A stretch of DNA of 64,000 bases from the human T2T-CHM13v2.0 reference genome, Homo sapiens. The stretch lies in assembly GCF_009914755.1 (NCBI RefSeq), contig NC_060925.1; one strand, given 5' to 3'. Position 1 is the first letter of the stretch. The number at the start of each line of letters is the position of its first letter. Below, piece after piece: positions 54,491 to 64,000 of the stretch. The notes under the pieces were generated by a model. The model was not told where the DNA came from. It saw only the letters and a list, made by a program, of their open reading frames with translations, and made no database searches. Both the position numbers and the translations under genes were made by a program.

Positions 54491-56098
54491 GAGATAATAG
54501 ATTGTGTTCTGTTAGATACTAAAAATGAGTCATTTTCTCCATAGATAAAATGAAATTCTTTTCTTCCTTTCATCTTGTTATCAGGTACTTCCTACTTACA
54601 TTGCCTAACTTGATTTTATGTAATTTGATATAAAGAGATTTGAGTTCTCTTTATAGCAAAGATTTAATCAAAGAGTAACTCTCTTTTTATCAAAGATTTT
54701 TAAATATCTTTTTGATATAAAAAGAATGTAAATCTCTTTATATCAAAGACCCTATCATTATTTCCAACATAGTTCAATGAAAGAAACACGTAATTTGAAG
54801 CACTGACCACATGACCTTGGGCAAATACATACATTTATTATCCCTCAGTTTCTTCATCTACTCATGTTTGTCATGAAGATAAATAAAATATATGGACTCC
54901 TTTGAGTTATCAGAAGAGATCTAAACCTAATACATTCAGGCTTCCTGAAACCCATTACTTCAAATGCAATGTGGTCATTATTGTGCTCTGCTCTTGAGAT
55001 TTAAAATGTCTTTTCATTTCCACTTTTCCATTTTAAATTTTAAATTTTATATTTCAAATTTTATACTTTGAGCTGTTTTCAAATCAACCCTTGGGCTGTT
55101 GGCTATCACACAAAATTTTCTCTTCTACAGAGATGAACACAGGGCCTATAGAACATTCAGTGTCCAGAACATGTCTTCTTTTTGTGGTTCTACTTGATTC
55201 CATTCTGGTACTGTTTGAAGAGCTGCAAATACTGCTTTTAAATTTAGGTTTTTCATTTGACATTTAAGTAAAACCTTACTCTGTAAATCAGCTGTTTTCA
55301 CTTATAAGTGCTGCATGTGATTTATTTTAGAAGCAAATGGCGAAAATTTTATTTAAAGATGCACGCTCCCTCTTTTAAGTTTCTTGTCAATTTTTTTCAT
55401 GTAAAAAAAAATCTTGGAAAAACAAAACAAAAATGGTAAAAATGATGTAATGGGTACATTTAAAATTTACTAGACTATTGCTCACTTTCAAAATTTAACC
55501 TTAAGTAATCCTTATATATTAAGCTAAATCTTATATCTAATCTATATTTTTTCATTGTATGCAATCATCATTCTTTGTGATTCTTGTTTATATTTTCATT
55601 CTCTATTTTCTCAACGTATTTACTAAGCATATTCTATGGATAGAAGCTTATGTCTGAGTCAAAATACAAAGTGTGGCTTTGAAGCAGAACATCAATCAAG
55701 CAATGAAGACCTGATTTTATAAGTCAACCTGCCACTGGGGTAGCTGTAAATCCATGGCTTCTAGTTATTACTCAATAGATGTTCAAGAAATGACCGATTA
55801 TGTTTGGTTTTTATTCTTCTGTATTCTTGGAACTACCTTCACTTAGTCATATATTTTCATTACAGGACTAGCAATTATCACTGATTATCAAAAATAAGAG
55901 CTGTGTTTTATTATGGAAGGGAAGGCAAAATATAAGCTAGTAAGAATGAAATGGATATATTTAAAATTTGAGGTAAATTATATGAAAGCATTGACTAAGG
56001 TTCAGTGATTATGAATTACAGGTTTGTCAGGGAGGGTTTGTTTATAAAAATGATAGCACACCTTCCTTCTCCGATGAGGTGTTTTGTGAATAAATGAA

Positions 56099-56355
<257 letters not shown>

Positions 56356-56636
56356 AACCCCGTTTCAAAAAAATAAAAGAAATATACTACATGTGGCAGT
56401 TTCAATACAAATATTTTGAGCTTTGTAGTAAAAAGCTCCACAGAAAAAGATAAAGAAAGCTAAGATGCCAAGTTATGTCATAAAATAACATTCCTTTTTT
56501 TGTGTTGTTTGGTTAAAGAAGAAAACACTTTAGTCATTATTTTCGGAGTTGTTACTCTTCTCTAAGCCGATAATTAACAGAGGAAAATATACAGTATCAA
56601 ATATTTATTGTATTCCATAAATTTAAAATAATTTAG

Positions 56637-56977
<341 letters not shown>

Positions 56978-57590
56978 CTTTATTCTATTATAGCATTCAT
57001 TGAATATCTATTTCAGGTGACTCATAGAGTGTAATTTAATCTTCATAAAGTTAGGTCTGATATACATACTAATATCTTTTCTATGGATAATAACACTGGG
57101 CCTCAGAGAGGACCAAGGCCACACAGCAAGTGAATTACAAAGTTGAGATTTAATTATTTACATGGCTTTTGTTTGTTTGTTTCCCTACTGTACAAAATAA
57201 GCTACCTAGAAGTAGGACCCTGCATGGTTAAGAGTACGGACTCTGGGTTAGGTTCTGCTGATTTCTTGTTGCCTGGTCATTGAAAGATTAATTCAATGCC
57301 CCTTAGTTTCCTTATCACTGGGTTGATAAAACATTTTAAATTACACTGATCTTTAGTGGGGATAAAAATATAATACCTGTGAAACACCTAGAACAGTGCC
57401 TAGTACATAGTCAACACTCTGTGAATCTTAGGTGATTTGATATTTATACATATATATTAGGTGTTATTAATGTTCATCACAGATGAAATCTATTTTACTC
57501 TTTTCTGTATGCAAGCCCTAGATGAGACACTCTGCCCATGTGTTCTAATGTCCTTTTCTTGATTGGTTTGAGGATCTTAATTGGGCTTTC

Positions 57591-57938
57591 TGTATTAGTC
57601 CATTTTCATACTGCTATGAAGAAATCCCCGAGACTGGGTAATTTATAAAGAGAAAGAGGTTTAACGGACTCATAGTTGCACACAGCTGGAGAGGCCTCAC
57701 AATCGTGTTGGAAGGTGAGGTGCATGTTACACGGCAGCAGGCAAGAGAGTGTATGCAGGGGAACTGCCCTTTATAAACCATCAGATCTCGTGAGACTTAT
57801 TCGCTATCACGAGAACAGCATGGGAAAACAGCTCGGGTAATTAAATTATCTTCCAATGAGTCCCTGCCACAATACTTGGAGATTATGAGGGCTACAATTC
57901 AAGATAAGATTTGGGTGTGTTCACAGCCAAGCCTATCA
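57591..57938 (-). mobile_element. THE1 (THE1B/C-like) MaLR solo LTR
   Basis: tgtattagtcc...gccaagcctatca termini; ccatcagatctcgtgagacttatt motif; TSD ctttc/ttttc. Confidence 0.9.
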
Positions 57939-58165
57939 TTTTCCTATAGGAAATCTCCTGTCTCTATATTAAATACCCAACTGTGTATAATGTTTATTTC
58001 CTGTACAAGGTTGAACAACAAAGTTTTTGGTGCCTAAAGCTTTTATAACGAAAATGGTTCTTTTAAAGAAATTTAATACAAAATATCAAATTAGACAGAA
58101 AGAGAATGTTTATTTAGAATATGAAAAAGAGTCACACAAAAATAACAAAAAAATGCCACACACAC

Positions 58166-58514
58166 TGAGGCAGGAAAATGGGTCTGGAGACAGGGAACAT
58201 AAGGCCGATTCACACTTCAGCTATGACAGGTAACTCCATAGGGCACACCGTGTAAATAACTTTGCAACTTTACTTCATCCTCTCCATTTACATAGGGCAT
58301 ACCCCAAGTAACCAACGGAATCCTCTAGAGGGTATTTAAACTCCCCCAAATTCTGTAACGGGGTCCTTGAGTCCGTATGCCTGGGCCGATCCCACACTGT
58401 GGAGTGTACTTTCATTTTCAATAAACCCCTTCGTTCCTTCCTAGGTTTGTTTGTGCATTTTGTCCAATTCTTTGTTCAAGATGCCAAGAACCTGGACACC
58501 CTCCACTGGTGACA
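58166..58514 (+). mobile_element. MER61A-like ERV1 solo LTR
   Basis: TG...CA termini, 4-bp TSD acac, CCAAC/TATTTAA promoter boxes and AATAAA. Confidence 0.82.
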
Positions 58515-59537
58515 ACACCATAAGACTTAGAAAAAAGTAACACATTTCATTAATTACATGGCATATTTTTTCCCTATAGTTTTTGGTTGCATATTGTTTA
58601 CTTCTTGACCACTTCTTTCTCTTACACTGATTTTGGAATATCATTTGCTATAGAGATAATAAAAAGACAGTTGAGTCTTTTTTCTATCACAGTTTATTGT
58701 ACTTTTAATTTCATAGTTTAAAAAGATTTCATTCAGCATCACAGCTCATTACTGACAATGTCATGTTAATTTCTTACCCTTGATGTTAGTCAAAAGGCTG
58801 AGAAGTCGTTGAATTGTTATGAAATTTGAGAAAATCAAGATAATTGTCTCAAGAGAAACTTGATACTATCAAGTTTCTTTCATAATGAGTGATGAGGCTT
58901 TTGGACCATATCAAGTTTTCTTGTGCTAGGACTCATCAAATATTTTTCGAGTAGAAAACATCCAAGTTCTACAAGGCTAGGTCTTCTCCCAGTGCCTTCG
59001 AAGGAGCCAGTGCAAGCAAGGGACACTGAAGCTTAAACTCTTGTCTTCACGGGGACACTGACGGTTAAACTCTGTTGTCTCTACCGTAAATCAACTTCAG
59101 TATAAAGTCACATTAAAACTAAACAAAAAACAGTGCACACGAATTTTTGTGATTTCTTTTAAAGCAGCATTTTAATTTCAGTGTTCTAGGTTTTAGTTTG
59201 GGTAATAGGATCAAAAAGATTTATGATGGTGAGGTGAAAAATGTAGATATCATGGACTATTTTGTTCCTTATTCAGGAACTATATTCCCATTTTGAGTTT
59301 GCAGTTTCACAAATGCAAAGTTGTGGTGAGAAAGGGAATCAAGGTGACCCTGAGCAATTTTACAATGGATGCTAGAAAAATTAATTCAGTTCATGCCCTA
59401 CTAAGGGCACTCAGTACAGGAAAAGAGTAAAAATATATTGAAAATGAGAAAGATTACAAGGTGGGTTATCCTCTCCCATAGAAATACATTTGTTTCAAGG
59501 GTGATAAGTGTATTGAACCAAGTAGGTGCTCAGCAAA

Positions 59538-59840
59538 TTTTTTTTTTTTTTTTTTTTTGAGATGGAGTCTCTCTCAGTTGCCAGCTGGAGTGCAGTGGTG
59601 CGATCTCCACTTACAGCAACCTCCACCTCCAGGTTCAAGCAATTCTCCCTGCCTCAGCCTCCCCAGTAGCTAGGATTACAGGCGCCCACCACCAAACCCA
59701 GCTAATTTTTGTATTTTCTTAGTAGAGATGGGGTTTCGCCATTTTGACCAGGCTGGTCTTGAACTCCTGACTGCAAGTGATCCTCCCACCTTGGCCTCCC
59801 AAAGTGCTAAGATTACAGGCATGGGCCACCGTGCCTGGCC
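59538..59840 (-). mobile_element. Alu (AluS-like)
   Basis: Poly-T and reverse dimer. Confidence 0.92.
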
Positions 59841-59989
59841 AAACAACTAGTTAGTAAATCTTTACTAAAGAAGGAAGGAAAGAAGGATCTGGACTACCAG
59901 TTATTTCTCCTATTACTGCAAAACTTTAAAAGCATGGCCATATCTCTGCATAATAATAGATAACTCTTACACAGGCTTGGTATCTAACT

Positions 59990-60200
59990 GGTTCTATTAT
60001 AATATTGCACAATTCACTAGTTTAATTTCTAAAACAGCTAATAGAGATAAGTAGTAGTATTATCATACACATTTTACAGATAAGGACACTGAGGCACAGA
60101 AATATCATGCAATTGACCAAGGTCACACATATATTAAGTGGAAGAACTGAGATTTGACCAAGGGAAGTCTAACACCAGTCTGTGTGCTTCACCATTGTGC
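59990..60200 (-). mobile_element. MIR
   Basis: cattttacagataagg..actgaggcacaga..ccaaggtcacac core. Confidence 0.75.
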
Positions 60201-61607
60201 TAAAAGCAAAGGGCAAAAGCTTGTTGCTACAAAATAAGCTTTGGATCTCAATCGCTTTTTAGAGAAAGCTTTATGATACATGCTTTCAAACACCCTCTTT
60301 AAACAGAAATATAAACTCTTTTAAGAAAAAAATTTCAAGAATATTTAAATAAGGATTTACGTAATAGAGTTCCATTAGAAAAGTTTTCTTAATTTTTCTC
60401 AGGAAGTTTGTACTATACAGATTCACACTGAAAAAATCACCCTACTTAGCCAAGGAACAGACTTTTACCTAATGGATGATTATTTCAGCTGCATTGTGTC
60501 TGAAAATAAATTCATACTTGGTTATTAATATTTTTCTTCTCACAAGTCAAAATTTATTTTTCAGCTGTCTCACCTAACCAAAAACCTCATGCTAGATGAA
60601 ATCTGAAATGTTTGTTTTGTACCAGAAGGAATACCTGATTGCTGTCAGATATGTGGCATTCTAGCATGTTTCTGGTATAACTAGAGCTATATCTTGGACA
60701 ATGCCTTTAATTTCTATGTGCTTAAGTTTCCTCATATCTAAAAGAGTGCCTAAAACCAGCAAGGATTATTACAAGTGCATACTCGAAATAAATAAGATGT
60801 AACTCTATTTATGATTTTTGGGAGGGTGAAAAGTCAGAAACCCTTTTAATAGGTGAGGTAAAAAACATGACAATATCCTTGTTAAACCCAAAGAAATTTA
60901 GCAGGAAATCCTCACTTTGTTTTTTTATCATGTTCTTACTTGATTTTTATTTTTATCTATGTATACTTTTTGTTTCTATCAAATGTGGGGACACTATGTC
61001 CACTGTTTTGTATCATCCTTTTATCATTGTAAAATATATGTTTGAGATAGTTGCTTACAAGCACATTCTACTACCTCCTTTTGAACAACTGCATGATAAT
61101 CCATTGTATCAATCTGGGATTAATCTTTAGTCAGTTCCATATTTATTGACTTTATATTGTTTATAGTCTTAATATCATAAATAATGCAGCAAGCAATATT
61201 CTATCACACGTTTTTTGCTCATCTATGTGAATATCACTATAGAAAAATTTCTAGATATGCAATTATAAAGCCAAAGGATTTATACATTAAAAATATTGAC
61301 AGATATTGGCCAAATAGTTGAAATAATCTTTATATTTTAAGATAATTAAAATTTAATTGTCATTTATTTATGGATTTATTAATTCAACGTCTATTAATTG
61401 GTCATATACTGAGTCTAAAGGTTTGTTCTATGTAAGTATCTACAAGGATATAGCAGTAAACAAAATACAAGTCTAAGACCAAACACTAAACAGACGTTAA
61501 TGACCACACACACACACACACACACTCGTGCGCGCGTTTAGAAAAGAATTTTTATGCATTTGTTCATCTCTGTTTTTAGCCAAGGCTTGTTTGGGGCACT
61601 CTTGCTG

Positions 61608-61847
61608 TCTGTGGTAGATGCTGTAGAGAACTGCCCTGATCGCCCTTTGAGACTAAATAACTGATTTTCTCAACTGCTGAGAGGGTTGGCTGCTACGAGT
61701 TTCCTGCAGTTCATGACCTCTTTCTATGCAATACTACTTCCTTCACCACTACGGATGTTGTTTCCCAGACCATTCCTTCTTTGATAAGCATCCATTGTGA
61801 AAGTCTCCATCTCAGAAGCTGTTTCCTGATAATCCTAAGCTAAGATA
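61608..61847 (-). mobile_element. LTR16-like ERVL LTR remnant
   Basis: ctccatctcaga..tgtttcctg..aatcctaagctaagata terminus; orientation uncertain. Confidence 0.55.
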
Positions 61848-62269
61848 CTTCCTATTTGTACTCAGCAAGGACTTGGCGGTTATACATTCAGGACTGGAGC
61901 TTGAGGCTTTGAATGGGTCTCAGCTCTACTAGAGCTCTTACAGTACCTGCTTCTCACAGTGTGATGATTCAAGCTCCCTGGTGGAACATGCTCCTCTGCA
62001 GAAGGGAATGAGAGAGAATGAGCTTCACCATCTTCCTTTCTATCTTGCCCAGGATTTAGCCACCTGAGTGGCTCAAGCTTTCTCAGAGTAAGCTCTTGCC
62101 AGACTCCTTTCCAATGTGTTTCCTTTCTGACATGATTACTACTCTCTCTTCTTTCTCTCTCTCTCTCTCTACACACACAAAATAGATGCACACATATATG
62201 TATGTGTGTGTGTAGCTATTTATATACTTATACATTTATTATGTATATGTATTTATATATACATAATTG

Positions 62270-63868
<1,599 letters not shown>

Positions 63869-63869
63869 A

Positions 63870-64000
<131 letters not shown>

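Noticed and set aside
55167-55178. p53 or glucocorticoid element (GAACATGTCT, nearby AGAACA)
   Set aside because: Only one p53 half-site, and the spacing does not fit AGAACAnnnTGTTCT
58365-58395. p53 site expected in MER61-family LTRs
   Set aside because: This copy lacks paired CWWG cores

Overview
Human (primate) genomic DNA containing the complete PTGS2 (COX-2) gene on the minus strand. All ten coding exons were mapped with canonical GT-AG junctions and sum to 1815 nt (604 aa plus stop). The TSS is near 35249 and the distal poly(A) site near 26640-26665. Also present are the TATA/CRE/C-EBP/NF-kB promoter in a CpG island, an ARE- and miRNA-rich 3' UTR with two poly(A) signals, and the divergent lncRNA PACER (PACERR). 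The flanks are dense transposon mosaics: about 30 Alus, a full-length Tigger2, a near-full-length old L1MC, a twin-primed 5'-inverted L1PA, and solo LTRs (LTR9, MER61, THE1, MSTA, MLT1, MLT2). I found no new protein-coding system; all non-PTGS2 ORFs are repeat- or low-complexity-derived. The best leads are a recursive-splice-type AG|GT at the start of exon 5 paired with a cryptic acceptor 110 nt inside the exon, a nested palindrome plus motif cluster at about -19.4 kb, and a back-to-back THE1/MER61 LTR pair with THE1 pointing at PTGS2. Repeat subfamilies, SNP IDs and literature links are from recall, not database searches, and repeat boundaries are approximate unless TSDs are given.
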